NCBI GenBank assembly: GCA_021732605.1 | Contig: JAKFUS010000021.1 | Span: forward strand, 10,186 to 74,185 | DNA from: Betaproteobacteria bacterium | GTDB taxonomy: Bacteria; Pseudomonadota; Gammaproteobacteria; Burkholderiales; SG8-41 | Length of the DNA: 64,000 bases | Direction of reading: 5' to 3' | Part shown: in pieces, positions 30,091-39,198 of the stretch | How the letters are laid out: the number at the start of each line of letters is the position of its first letter | Position numbering within the stretch: the stretch's first letter is position 1 | Notes under the pieces: model-generated | Told to the model about the DNA's origin: nothing | What the model saw: only the letters and a program-made list of their open reading frames with translations | The model's database searches: none | Position numbers and translations under genes: made by a program

Positions 30091-31536
30091 TCACTTTCGT
30101 CCAACGCCAGCCCCCCTCGTCAATAACTGACTCAACTCACTTCGAATTGCGGGCGAAGCAACCACGAAGATTGCCGCTAGGACAATCAACCACACCCCCC
30201 CGAGAATGAATTGTCCGGTCGCCGGCGCCAATCCGCGAAGCAGCGTACCAACGCCCCAAGACAAACCTGCCAGCACCAGCCACACTGCAATCAGTGGCAT
30301 CTGGCTAATGGCAGAATAACGAACTTGCTTCGCGAGCAGGTGCATCGCGATTGCATAAGCAACGCTCTCGCCCAGCAGACCGGTCACGGCGATCACCACC
30401 GGACCATAGCCAGTCGCGATGAATCCAATTGCAACGAATAACGCCGCCCCGCGCGCCAGATTGGCAAATAACGGAATTTTCGTGTTAGCCATGGCTACCG
30501 CCGATACAAATTGACCCGATTTGGCGATTCGTACACCTTGGGTAAGGCCAAGCAAAACGACAACCACCGTGCCATCACGATAACGGTCGCCAAACAGCGT
30601 GATCAAAAGTTCGGGCCCGAAAACGGCAAACACGGCTGCCGTCAACAGACCAACGGTGAGGCAGGTCTGCACGACTTTTTCATGGCGCCGCCGGAATTCA
30701 TCCGGCGCATCTTGGGAACTGGAAAGTACAGGCAACAGCAGGCTTTGCATAACCGAGGTGGCCAGCATGGCCGGCCCCATGGACAACATGAAAGCCGCCG
30801 CATACCAGCCGACGACTTCAGGTGTAAATGCGATGGCAATCATCGCCTTGTCGCCCTGGAAAATGGCAAACATCAGCAAACCGTTGGCGAGCAACGGCCA
30901 ACCAAATGACATTACACGAACCACCATCGCTCGATCCCAATCCCAGCGGTATGGCCGGCTTGCCAGAAAATGTGTAATCACGGTAAACGCAAGTGCTTGC
31001 GCGAGCATCGCCCAGACAATCGCTGAATAGTCACGCAACCAGTAAGCCAAAGGGATTGCCAATCCAAGCGAGATCAACTGCGGAACGGCATCGATCCAAA
31101 AGGTGGGCTTGTAGCGCATCTCGCGCTGGAATCGCACGGTGTCGAGATGCAGGGAGCTGCGGATCAAGGGCACCAAAGCAAGTAGTTGGAAGGCCCAAGT
31201 CGTGTGGGGTATCTTGAAGAGGGTCGCAACCCATCCGGCGACGAGGAACAAAATGACGCCACCGATTACGCCACGAACGACCTGCAGCGCATGTGCGACC
31301 GCCTGCAGCTTGGGATCATCACCGTCAGATGCCTGAACCAGCAGGCGGTCAATGGCGAGGTTGCTGACTGTTTCCAGCACCGACAGCGTCAATGACAGCA
31401 GAACAACAATTCCGAAATCCTCGACGCTGACCAGACGGGCGATAACGATGTTGCGCAGGAAAGCAGCGCCTGCGGAAAGACCCTGCCCAGCAGTTAGCCA
31501 GACACCGCCCCGGAGCAGTAGCCGGCGCAGCATCAA
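30091..31536 (-). CDS. Polysaccharide flippase (Wzx/MOP superfamily)
   Basis: 481 aa with about 12-14 TM helices and a typical oligosaccharide-flippase N-terminus. Confidence 0.75.
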   Translation of the reverse strand: MMLRRLLLRGGVWLTAGQGLSAGAAFLRNIVIARLVSVEDFGIVVLLSLTLSVLETVSNLAIDRLLVQASDGDDPKLQAVAHALQVVRGVIGGVILFLVAGWVATLFKIPHTTWAFQLLALVPLIRSSLHLDTVRFQREMRYKPTFWIDAVPQLISLGLAIPLAYWLRDYSAIVWAMLAQALAFTVITHFLASRPYRWDWDRAMVVRVMSFGWPLLANGLLMFAIFQGDKAMIAIAFTPEVVGWYAAAFMLSMGPAMLATSVMQSLLLPVLSSSQDAPDEFRRRHEKVVQTCLTVGLLTAAVFAVFGPELLITLFGDRYRDGTVVVVLLGLTQGVRIAKSGQFVSAVAMANTKIPLFANLARGAALFVAIGFIATGYGPVVIAVTGLLGESVAYAIAMHLLAKQVRYSAISQMPLIAVWLVLAGLSWGVGTLLRGLAPATGQFILGGVWLIVLAAIFVVASPAIRSELSQLLTRGAGVGRK

Positions 31537-32858
31537 GGCATGCCGCTTGCGGTCGTCGCCAAGTGGCGAATGTGTCTGGCAATGTCACGCATTTGTCCTG
31601 AAGCAATGTCAGCAACTTGCGGCAGTCTGGCTGCTAGGGACAGGTGCAATGCATCACGACTGAGGAAGGACTGCCACAAACCCTCGATCACCGCGTCGGT
31701 ATCCAGAATTCGGGGATCAAAAACCTGCAAGGCCTGACCACAGATGTCGAAAACACCCAGGGTCTTGTCGCTGTAGGAGATTGATGCGGTAGAAACACCA
31801 CTGGACAATCCGGCAATGGTTGAATGCATACGGGTGCCGCAGAACCACTCCATTTTGGATATTAGCCATTTTGCCTCGGTTTCGTTCAGAGTCGTCGGTG
31901 CCACAGCTACTCGGCTGACATACTGACCGCCCAGTTGTCTGGCCACATCTTGGCAAGCAGCCAAGTCTGACTCGTAATGGCCCGGCTGATCCATGACGTG
32001 GGAGATCAGAACTAATCGGGCTGGAGTCTCTTCGAGAATTTTGTTAAGAAAACCGACAACAGCCTGACGGTAATCGGCCTTAAGGCCGTATTTTTTTTTT
32101 GCCCTAGCGGGGTCGTTGTAGATGAGGCCATTGACGTTGAAGCCAATCAGAGGCCAGTCCGGCTTCTGGCATTCCAGCCATGCACTCAGTGTCGCGTCGA
32201 GACACTGACTGGCTGGGCTGGCTTGCAATCCAAAGGCCATGTCTACGCCACACTGGTGGATTTGTGGATTGAAACTGTTGCCCAGCAAACCTTTTAGTGC
32301 TTCGTAGCTGTGTATATCCCGTGCCCAAGCCATGCTGGCATGGCGAACTAAGGTGGCAGCTAATGTCCGGACCGCTGGGTCGTTGTATGGGCCGTAAGTT
32401 TGTGGCAACAGAATAAGGGGCTTGCCACGGTTAATGGCAATGGCCTTGGGCCGATAGATATTGTTGAAACGGCCAAGTCCGTAGATGTCGCTGAAACTGT
32501 CGCCACCAGACACATCCAACACAGCAGCACAGGAATCAATCAGGCGGATGCCTTCGTTGAGTATGGCCCCCAAAGGACCCAGGCGAGATGCCAGCAACAT
32601 GGTTGCCAGATTCTCAGCCCGGTGATAACGCCGCCCTCCCCTGGCGCCGAAGTGGATCAGTCGGATCTTTTTGCCATCAGAGGTTGTAAGCGTTTCCTCT
32701 CGCTGCCCCAAGCCGTTGTCAAATACGACAAACTCAACAACGGCATCGATATGCTTGCTGATTTCCGTGACAGCACTCATAAACAGTGCGGATACACCCA
32801 TATTGGAGGTATCAGGGGCAGCACCGAATAGAGCTAGGCGCAAGTTAATGCTAGGCAC
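31533..32858 (-). CDS. Polysaccharide pyruvyl transferase family protein
   Basis: 441 aa. The N-terminal NMGVSAL, GGDSFSDIYG and later SMRMH-like (GTRMHSTI) motifs are typical of WcaK/CsaB-type pyruvyl transferases. Confidence 0.7.
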   Translation of the reverse strand: MPSINLRLALFGAAPDTSNMGVSALFMSAVTEISKHIDAVVEFVVFDNGLGQREETLTTSDGKKIRLIHFGARGGRRYHRAENLATMLLASRLGPLGAILNEGIRLIDSCAAVLDVSGGDSFSDIYGLGRFNNIYRPKAIAINRGKPLILLPQTYGPYNDPAVRTLAATLVRHASMAWARDIHSYEALKGLLGNSFNPQIHQCGVDMAFGLQASPASQCLDATLSAWLECQKPDWPLIGFNVNGLIYNDPARAKKKYGLKADYRQAVVGFLNKILEETPARLVLISHVMDQPGHYESDLAACQDVARQLGGQYVSRVAVAPTTLNETEAKWLISKMEWFCGTRMHSTIAGLSSGVSTASISYSDKTLGVFDICGQALQVFDPRILDTDAVIEGLWQSFLSRDALHLSLAARLPQVADIASGQMRDIARHIRHLATTASGMP

Positions 32859-32861
32859 AAG

Positions 32862-33671
32862 TTAATAATAGTATTTCCTCGGCTGAACCTGGGCCTTGTT
32901 GAGCACCACGCCGAGAAGATTTGCTGAACCGAGTTGGTGCATGCATTCTGTCATTTCTGTACGGGTTACCATGCCGCTGCCGACCACAATAAGAACGCAA
33001 TCGATCTGCGGCAGCACGGAGATGGCGTCATCGGAACTGAGCATGGGTGGCAAATCGAAGACGACAATGCGTTCCTGATAGCGATCGCGCAGTTCCTTGA
33101 TCAGATCGCTCACTTTCTGCGAACCCAGGATTTCGGCGGACTTCTGCACGGGCTTTGAAGTCGGGATCACCACCAGCTTGGGCATGCCTGGATTAACGAA
33201 GGCCTCGGACAACTCGGCTTCGCCGCTCAATACGTCGTTGAGAGATTTTTCCGGTGGAATGCCTAAATAAGCCCCTACTCTAGGCCGGCGCAGATCAAAA
33301 TCCACCAGCATCGCAGTCTTGCTGGTGTAATGGGCGATGCTGATCCCCAGGTTGATGGCCACCACCGTCTTGCCGCATTCGGGCACCGGTGAAATCACCG
33401 CCAGCGTACGCCAGCCCTTTTCTTCCATCTTCTGCAGAACCTGAGTGCGCAGCAGATCGAAGCACACGCTCATCGGATCATTTTTATTGAAGGCGATGAT
33501 GCGATTTTTTTCCAGGTGCGCCTTGTCCAACTCGACCGTGCGGGTGCTGCTGTAGCTGATAGACGCGATTTCAGCAGCCAGTGCTGGCAGAACGGCGTTC
33601 ACACGCGGGCCTTCAACGGGATGTTCCCCCTGCCGCTTGGCTTTTTCGATGGCCTGCTTGATTCTTTCCAT
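32862..33671 (-). CDS. Tyrosine-autokinase-like P-loop ATPase (PEP-CTERM-locus chain-length co-determinant)
   Basis: The ORF extends to 33797, but the ATG at 33671 (MERIKQAIEKAK) lies just after the upstream stop. Walker A-like SPVPECGKTVVAINL and Walker B VVFDLPP support the call. Confidence 0.75.
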   Translation of the reverse strand: MERIKQAIEKAKRQGEHPVEGPRVNAVLPALAAEIASISYSSTRTVELDKAHLEKNRIIAFNKNDPMSVCFDLLRTQVLQKMEEKGWRTLAVISPVPECGKTVVAINLGISIAHYTSKTAMLVDFDLRRPRVGAYLGIPPEKSLNDVLSGEAELSEAFVNPGMPKLVVIPTSKPVQKSAEILGSQKVSDLIKELRDRYQERIVVFDLPPMLSSDDAISVLPQIDCVLIVVGSGMVTRTEMTECMHQLGSANLLGVVLNKAQVQPRKYYY

Positions 33672-33682
33672 GTCTTGCGTCC

Positions 33683-35257
33683 TCAGCCGAACCGGGCAAC
33701 GATTTTCATCATCAGGATATCGAGTGGCATGTAGACAAAGTGCAGCAGGATCAGGGAAAGGAGGATCGCGCCCGTCAGTCCTGCGGATGTGCGCCAAATC
33801 AGACGCTTCCTGCTCGCGATCTCGCTCTCGATGGTGATGTAAGGGATGACCAGCATGGGGCGCTGGCGGATGGCGATGGCGAGTGCCTCTACCCCGCGGA
33901 TGGGCTGGTTCAAGGCTTCCAGCAGGAATACCAAGCCACCCGCGCTGCCGATTGCCAGGAAAAACCCAATCAGGATGATTTTGATGCGATCAGGCTTGAA
34001 GGGCTTTTCCGGGAAAGTTGGCGGTTCCAGCAATGTAAACCGCTCCGCCTTGTTCTGGCCTTCAAGGTTTTCGGTGATTTTGGCGCTCATCAGCTTGGCA
34101 CTGATTTCCTCGTATTTCTTCCGCGCGTTTTCGTGGTCGCGCATCAGGGTGACCAGTCCCTGCTCCACCATGGGTGAGCGGATGATTTGTTGCTCAGTGG
34201 CGGCCAACTTGCCACGCAAAGCTTTCATCTGCGCCGCGAGCGATTCGATACGGGACTGAGTGGCTGAAATCTTGATTTGCACCTTGGCGACATCCAGGCT
34301 CACTGCCTCGCCCCCCGCTTTGTCGCCAGCCTTGGCGGGCGCCGCGGCTTCGAGTGCCTCAATCTTGCGCTTGAGGCTGCGCACATCGGGGTGCGCCTCC
34401 GTATAAATGGCTGAAACCCGGGCATACTCTGCCTTCAGGCTACCGAGATCCTCTGCCGGCTTGGCATACGACGTACCCGTCCTGGGCGTTATGCCCGCCT
34501 TAGCCGCCGAGAGTTCCAGATCAAGAAAACGCAGTTCTTCCTGCGCGGTCTTGTAGTCGCGCTCGACATCTTTCAGTTCGGCCTCGGTGCGGGACACCAT
34601 GTTCATGCGCAACTGCTGGTGTTCCGGCAGCGCATTGCTGTGTCCCTGCTTGTAGGTGGCGAGCTGGTTTTCCAAGGCTTCCAGTTCGACCCTCAATTTG
34701 CTCGCTTCCTGGGTCAGAAACTCGGTGGTTTCACTAGCACGTTCGGTACGGGCTTTGACGTTTTCGTCGAGAAACAGGGTGACCAGTTCGTTAGCCCCCT
34801 TGTGGGCAAGATCGGCATGGCGGTGTTCGAACTTCAACCGGAAGGCAATGGTTCCCTGCCCCTGTCGCCGGCCCTTCAGATTGGCATTGATCGGTTCGAT
34901 GCTGATTTGCTTGCGCATTTCATCGATCTTTTCCGTAACACTGAGCGACTCACTGTCATCCTTAAACAACCTGTATTTATCGATAATCTTGAGCAGGTTT
35001 TCTCGCGTCATCACGCGCTGACGGATCACTTCGATGCGTTCTTCCACCAGGCTGGCGGCCATTGTGGGGATCAGGTCGGTGGGGATTTGCTGCGATTCGA
35101 CCATGATGGTGCCGCTGGACTGATAAACCGGCGGAATCGCAACGGCGGTGACCAGCGCAATAACCAGCAATCCGAAGAAGGAAGCGCCCAACACTACCGC
35201 GCGGCGGCGGATGATGGACAGGTAGTCGTTGAAGGTCAGTTGATACTCTTGAGCCAT
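33683..35257 (-). CDS. Polysaccharide chain-length determinant (Wzz/GumC-like, PEP-CTERM-locus type)
   Basis: 524 aa with an N-terminal TM helix, a long coiled-coil periplasmic region and a C-terminal TM helix. Confidence 0.8.
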   Translation of the reverse strand: MAQEYQLTFNDYLSIIRRRAVVLGASFFGLLVIALVTAVAIPPVYQSSGTIMVESQQIPTDLIPTMAASLVEERIEVIRQRVMTRENLLKIIDKYRLFKDDSESLSVTEKIDEMRKQISIEPINANLKGRRQGQGTIAFRLKFEHRHADLAHKGANELVTLFLDENVKARTERASETTEFLTQEASKLRVELEALENQLATYKQGHSNALPEHQQLRMNMVSRTEAELKDVERDYKTAQEELRFLDLELSAAKAGITPRTGTSYAKPAEDLGSLKAEYARVSAIYTEAHPDVRSLKRKIEALEAAAPAKAGDKAGGEAVSLDVAKVQIKISATQSRIESLAAQMKALRGKLAATEQQIIRSPMVEQGLVTLMRDHENARKKYEEISAKLMSAKITENLEGQNKAERFTLLEPPTFPEKPFKPDRIKIILIGFFLAIGSAGGLVFLLEALNQPIRGVEALAIAIRQRPMLVIPYITIESEIASRKRLIWRTSAGLTGAILLSLILLHFVYMPLDILMMKIVARFG

Positions 35258-35271
35258 TTTTTTATGTGCTG

Positions 35272-36387
35272 CTAGAAGCCCGGATGGGCGTAGATAAGGC
35301 TTAACCCCAATAGGTCGCCCGTGGCATCAGCAAAGCCGGTCTGCTGGCGCTCCCTGCGCTGATAATAAAGCCGCGCGTTCCAGAATTGAGAAAGTTCGTA
35401 GCCGGCCCAGACAGTCAGCTGCCGGATGGTATTGGGATTGGCACTCTTGTTGTCGCGCCATGACACATCGACACCGGTGCGCGTGCGCTCACCCAAGGCA
35501 TAGCTCCAGGCACCCTTGATCTGGTCGGATTCGACGAAGCCGCCCTGCCCGCTGTCCTTTACATAACGGCCGGCATCCAGCAAGAGGTCATAACGTTTGC
35601 CCAGATAACGCATGGCCAGGCTGCCGATCCATCCTGTGTCGCTGGTCGCACCGGAAACACGGCTGGCACCCGCCTGTCCGGTCCATTCGAGGTGCTCGGA
35701 TTCCTTCCACTTCACACCCACCATCAGGGTGGAATTGTCTGAAGACGGCAATGTTGAACCCGAAGGCTCGTAGTGGCTGGCAGCAACTCGTATAAAAGGC
35801 TCGATCCGCTCGCTCCAGGCATAGCTGTATGTGAGGCCAGCTGTCAGATTGGCGTAATCGGTTAAACCACTTTGGTCGTAGTCGACTTGTTTGTAGTTGC
35901 CATCGGCGGAAAGCGTACTGCGCTCGCTGACGGTGGAACGCCATTTGCCACCCAGAGATTGGGTGGTGCGCGTGCCATCCCGCAACTGCTGCCCGGTTTC
36001 ATCCAGTTCGGTGAAACGTGTTGAGGCCTGTTCGTAATTGGCGACGAGGCCGAATTCACCGGTTTGGGTCTGACGGCGCCAGCCCAGTGAAAGAATCGGG
36101 TCTTCGCGATTCTGGCTGATTGCCTCGTTGGAGGAACGTTCCAACCTCAAGGCCAGGCCCGCCTTGATCTCGTCCACGCCATAGGTACCAATCAGGTTGT
36201 AGGTAGGCGTGATTTTCGTACGCGAGACGCCCTGCTTGTTGGTCGCGGAAAGCGTCGGGTTGGAATCGTACTCCAGCGTCATTGGCATCGAACCCGACCG
36301 GCGCCACTCCTCTGCCAGTGCCGGCATATGCCCCAGCAAGACGCCGACCAACAGGACACATTCCCAGAGATTTTGGCGTAACTTCAA
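35272..36387 (-). CDS. Outer-membrane beta-barrel protein associated with PEP-CTERM loci
   Basis: 371 aa with a signal peptide, alternating beta-strand pattern and a C-terminal aromatic residue (..YAHPGF). Confidence 0.6.
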   Translation of the reverse strand: MKLRQNLWECVLLVGVLLGHMPALAEEWRRSGSMPMTLEYDSNPTLSATNKQGVSRTKITPTYNLIGTYGVDEIKAGLALRLERSSNEAISQNREDPILSLGWRRQTQTGEFGLVANYEQASTRFTELDETGQQLRDGTRTTQSLGGKWRSTVSERSTLSADGNYKQVDYDQSGLTDYANLTAGLTYSYAWSERIEPFIRVAASHYEPSGSTLPSSDNSTLMVGVKWKESEHLEWTGQAGASRVSGATSDTGWIGSLAMRYLGKRYDLLLDAGRYVKDSGQGGFVESDQIKGAWSYALGERTRTGVDVSWRDNKSANPNTIRQLTVWAGYELSQFWNARLYYQRRERQQTGFADATGDLLGLSLIYAHPGF

Positions 36388-36451
36388 TGTAACGCCCTCA
36401 TGATTTTTTTCCGCAGCAGAAAGTACTCATGTGCCATTTCAAAACCATTAC

Positions 36452-37036
36452 TCAAGGCACCACGATGGTGTCACCGGCCTTGAGCTGGAAGTTGGTCTTC
36501 ATATCCCGGCCCGAGATCAGATCCTTGTAATTCACGGGCAGAACGTCTTGGCCGTTTGCCTGCGGTCGGATGATCTTGATGGTGTTTTCGTCGGCAAATT
36601 TATCGAGGCCGCCGGCGATGCTCAATGCCTGCAGCACCGTGAGGGGTGCACTCATGACCACCGGGCCAGGTTTGAGCACCTTGCCCAGTACGTACGTGCG
36701 GTTGCCTTCAATTCCAGTGATCACGACCGTAACAATCGGATCAGGAAAGTATTTCTTCAGCCCGGCGGCGATGCGCTGCTCCACCTCAGGGGTGCTTAAA
36801 CCGGCGACTTCGACACGACCCACCAAGGCGAAGGTAATGCTGCCATCCGGCAGCACGCGCACTTCCTTGTTCAGGGCATCTTCACGCCAGACCGAAATCA
36901 GCGCCGCATCGCCCGAGCGCAGCCGATAGGCGTCCACCATATCCGCCGCATGGACTCCAGTCACGCCTGTCAAGAAAAGCAATAAGGAAACAACGCCAAA
37001 AGTGACCCGATTCATATCGCCACCCCAATCAAACAT
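36452..37036 (-). CDS. Polysaccharide export protein (Wza-like periplasmic/OM component)
   Basis: 194 aa with a signal peptide and Poly_export/SLBB-type motifs (YRLRSGD, PDGSITFALVG, GDTIVVP). Confidence 0.8.
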   Translation of the reverse strand: MFDWGGDMNRVTFGVVSLLLFLTGVTGVHAADMVDAYRLRSGDAALISVWREDALNKEVRVLPDGSITFALVGRVEVAGLSTPEVEQRIAAGLKKYFPDPIVTVVITGIEGNRTYVLGKVLKPGPVVMSAPLTVLQALSIAGGLDKFADENTIKIIRPQANGQDVLPVNYKDLISGRDMKTNFQLKAGDTIVVP

Positions 37037-37053
37037 GCAGGCAGCATAGTAAC

Positions 37054-37078
37054 AAAAAAGGGGGGCAAAGCCCCCCTT
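37054..37078 (-). terminator. Rho-independent terminator after the PEP-CTERM protein genes
   Basis: On the minus strand: aagggggg-c-ttt-g-cccccctt followed by a T-run. Confidence 0.65.
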
Positions 37079-37101
37079 GTTTCGTAATAAGTAGAATCAG
37101 A

Positions 37102-37701
37102 TCAGGCAGTTGCCAACTCAGCAGGTTTCGCCATTAACTTCTTACGAAGAGCAGCGAAACCGAGCAGCGCGGAACCGAACAGCAACGGGGCAATCGGGAG
37201 GGGGACGGCATCCAGCAAAAGTTTAGAGTCAACCGCGTTATCCCCTGCATTGAAGAGGGAAAACGAGAGTGAACCGAAATTTGTTGTTACATCCGAAACC
37301 CAGGAGAAATACTGCCAACCTGTATCGAAGGTATTTCCGTTCGTATTACCCACTGAGGCCACGCTGGCAAGCACTTGCGAACCGTTGACGTGAAAAACAA
37401 CACTCTGATCGTTGAAAGGCAGGTAGTCCGAAGTTATGAAACGCCACATGAAATCATACGTTGTGCCTGCGGTGACACTGATCAGTTGGGACAAGGTTCC
37501 ATAACCGCTGATTTGGCCGTAAGAGGAACCCTGATTGGCACCAAGCACAGAACCAGTCGTGATGTTTGGTGTAGCCAACGGCGCCACGGTCCAACCTGTC
37601 AAACCGCTTTCAAAGTCGATATTGGGAACCGACACTGCCATGGCCATTTGACTGGATGCCAGTAAGACTATCCCTAACGCTAGTTTTCGAATCGTTTTCA
37701 T
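37102..37701 (-). CDS. PEP-CTERM sorting-domain protein (exosortase substrate)
   Basis: ATG at 37701 with RBS ggggtga. It has a signal peptide and a C-terminal VPLPIAPLLFGSALLGFAALRKK motif. Confidence 0.85.
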   Translation of the reverse strand: MKTIRKLALGIVLLASSQMAMAVSVPNIDFESGLTGWTVAPLATPNITTGSVLGANQGSSYGQISGYGTLSQLISVTAGTTYDFMWRFITSDYLPFNDQSVVFHVNGSQVLASVASVGNTNGNTFDTGWQYFSWVSDVTTNFGSLSFSLFNAGDNAVDSKLLLDAVPLPIAPLLFGSALLGFAALRKKLMAKPAELATA

Positions 37702-37726
37702 CGTCACCCCCTTTTTAAATTTCCGC

Positions 37727-38398
37727 TCAAACCTTGCGCCTGTTTGACAGGACCACAAAACCCATTAAAGCTGAACCAAACAGCCAAGCCGCTGCAGGCA
37801 AAGGCACCGGCGGCAAATTACTCGGTGATAAATTTACACCCACCACGAAATCATCAAAATCGCGATCAGAGCCTCCGCCGCTGTCATCGAAGCCGAGGAT
37901 GTAATTGAAGCAGCCATAGACGGTGATGCACTGGCCAGCCAGGATTGCGAACGAAGAACCCTTCCTGTATTTTTCTCCATCGTTACCTACGTAGCCGCCA
38001 TGATCATCTCTAAACCAAAAATCCAGAATGCCAGTCTGGACATCGGTATAAATAGTATGGCCAATTGTGGAGTATTCATTCAGGGCGATATCGTAATTCG
38101 CAGTGCCGGGCTTCATGGCTTTTCCCAGCCTGTAACCGGTCTTCTCGAAACTGAATCCGGTGTTGTAGCCGCTTTCCTGGCCGAGATAGGTCGCGGAAAA
38201 AACCCCGTCAGACAGGGCGTTCAGCATCCCTAAAGTACCTTGGGTATATGTGCCTGTAATTGCAGGTGATGGGTTGTATCCCGTAAAAGTTACCGTAGAC
38301 CCATCCACAATATTGAGATAACTAGCCTGCGCTCCGAAGGGCAACAGAAACGCAAGAATGACTAAGAATTTATCAAATTGTTTTTTCACTTTTTTCAC
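37727..38398 (-). CDS. PEP-CTERM sorting-domain protein with a DUF4114-like acidic region
   Basis: 223 aa with a signal peptide, DDSGGGSDRDFDDFVVGV, and a C-terminal VPLPAAAWLFGSALMGFVVLSNRRK. Confidence 0.85.
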   Translation of the reverse strand: MKKVKKQFDKFLVILAFLLPFGAQASYLNIVDGSTVTFTGYNPSPAITGTYTQGTLGMLNALSDGVFSATYLGQESGYNTGFSFEKTGYRLGKAMKPGTANYDIALNEYSTIGHTIYTDVQTGILDFWFRDDHGGYVGNDGEKYRKGSSFAILAGQCITVYGCFNYILGFDDSGGGSDRDFDDFVVGVNLSPSNLPPVPLPAAAWLFGSALMGFVVLSNRRKV

Positions 38399-38580
38399 TT
38401 AGACATTTATTGTCGGCACGGTTTTCATACGATCAGATAATGCAACTTTCCTAAGAAACAATGCATAAGAAGACTCTCCTGATCTTGATGAGAGATGTCT
38501 CCCGATATTCATAGGACAAACCTCCCGTTTCAAAACCCACTACATTGACACCACGAACCGTTTATACAAGCTGCCAGCGC

Positions 38581-38901
38581 CTATACGCCCAAACCTTGAT
38601 GATTTATCGATGACTTCAACTCCCTGACCAAGGTCATTGCCGAATCGATGATCATGATAGCTACCCCGTTACACTCACCCCGCTGCTCGGTGCGTAAGAC
38701 TCGCCCTTGGCATTTCAACATCCGTTTGCCACCCGGCGCATCGAATTCCACTGTGAAATCAATCGATTCCCCGACAACAAGAGAGGCATCGGTTTCGAAG
38801 AACACCCCCGAAGCACTGACATCGCATGTCGTGCCACTAGCATCAACGAGAACTACAGGCAGTGATGCAGTAACCCGCTCTTCTCGTCTTTTTTCGATCA
38901 T
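38581..38901 (-). CDS. PilZ domain protein (putative c-di-GMP receptor)
   Basis: 106 aa with RxxxR (RREER) and DxSxxG (DVSASG) motifs at the correct spacing. Confidence 0.7.
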   Translation of the reverse strand: MIEKRREERVTASLPVVLVDASGTTCDVSASGVFFETDASLVVGESIDFTVEFDAPGGKRMLKCQGRVLRTEQRGECNGVAIMIIDSAMTLVRELKSSINHQGLGV

Positions 38902-39198
38902 GGCGACTTTTCGTTTATTGAGTCACAAAATACGCTGCCATGCGCGTCTCCGCTTGAGAGGAACCTCCAGATCTTTGGGGCAGGAATTGACTGCTCTTGG
39001 CGGGCATAACCTCCTGGCCCTGACAGGAGAAGACTCCTATAGGTATGCGACGCCGAATATGAACAAAAAAACGCCGCGTGCCGACTAACATACAGATCGT
39101 CCGCAGCTGAGCCCAAAAAGCGAATACAATCAGATGGTTATTTGCGTACTATGATGCCGACCAGCATAGTCGGGTGCGCAATAAGACGTTCGTGAGCG

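Noticed and set aside
30488-30500. An ops/JUMPStart-like GGCGGTAG on the minus strand (forward ggctaccgccg).
   Set aside because: It lies inside the flippase coding sequence rather than in an operon leader. An 8-mer match is expected by chance in GC-rich DNA.
38399-38580. A sigma-54 promoter upstream of the PEP-CTERM genes (minus strand gcgcTGGCAGcttgtATAAac).
   Set aside because: It has the -24 GG element but no -12 GC/TGC at the required spacing. No EBP-type (PrsR) regulator is present in the window.
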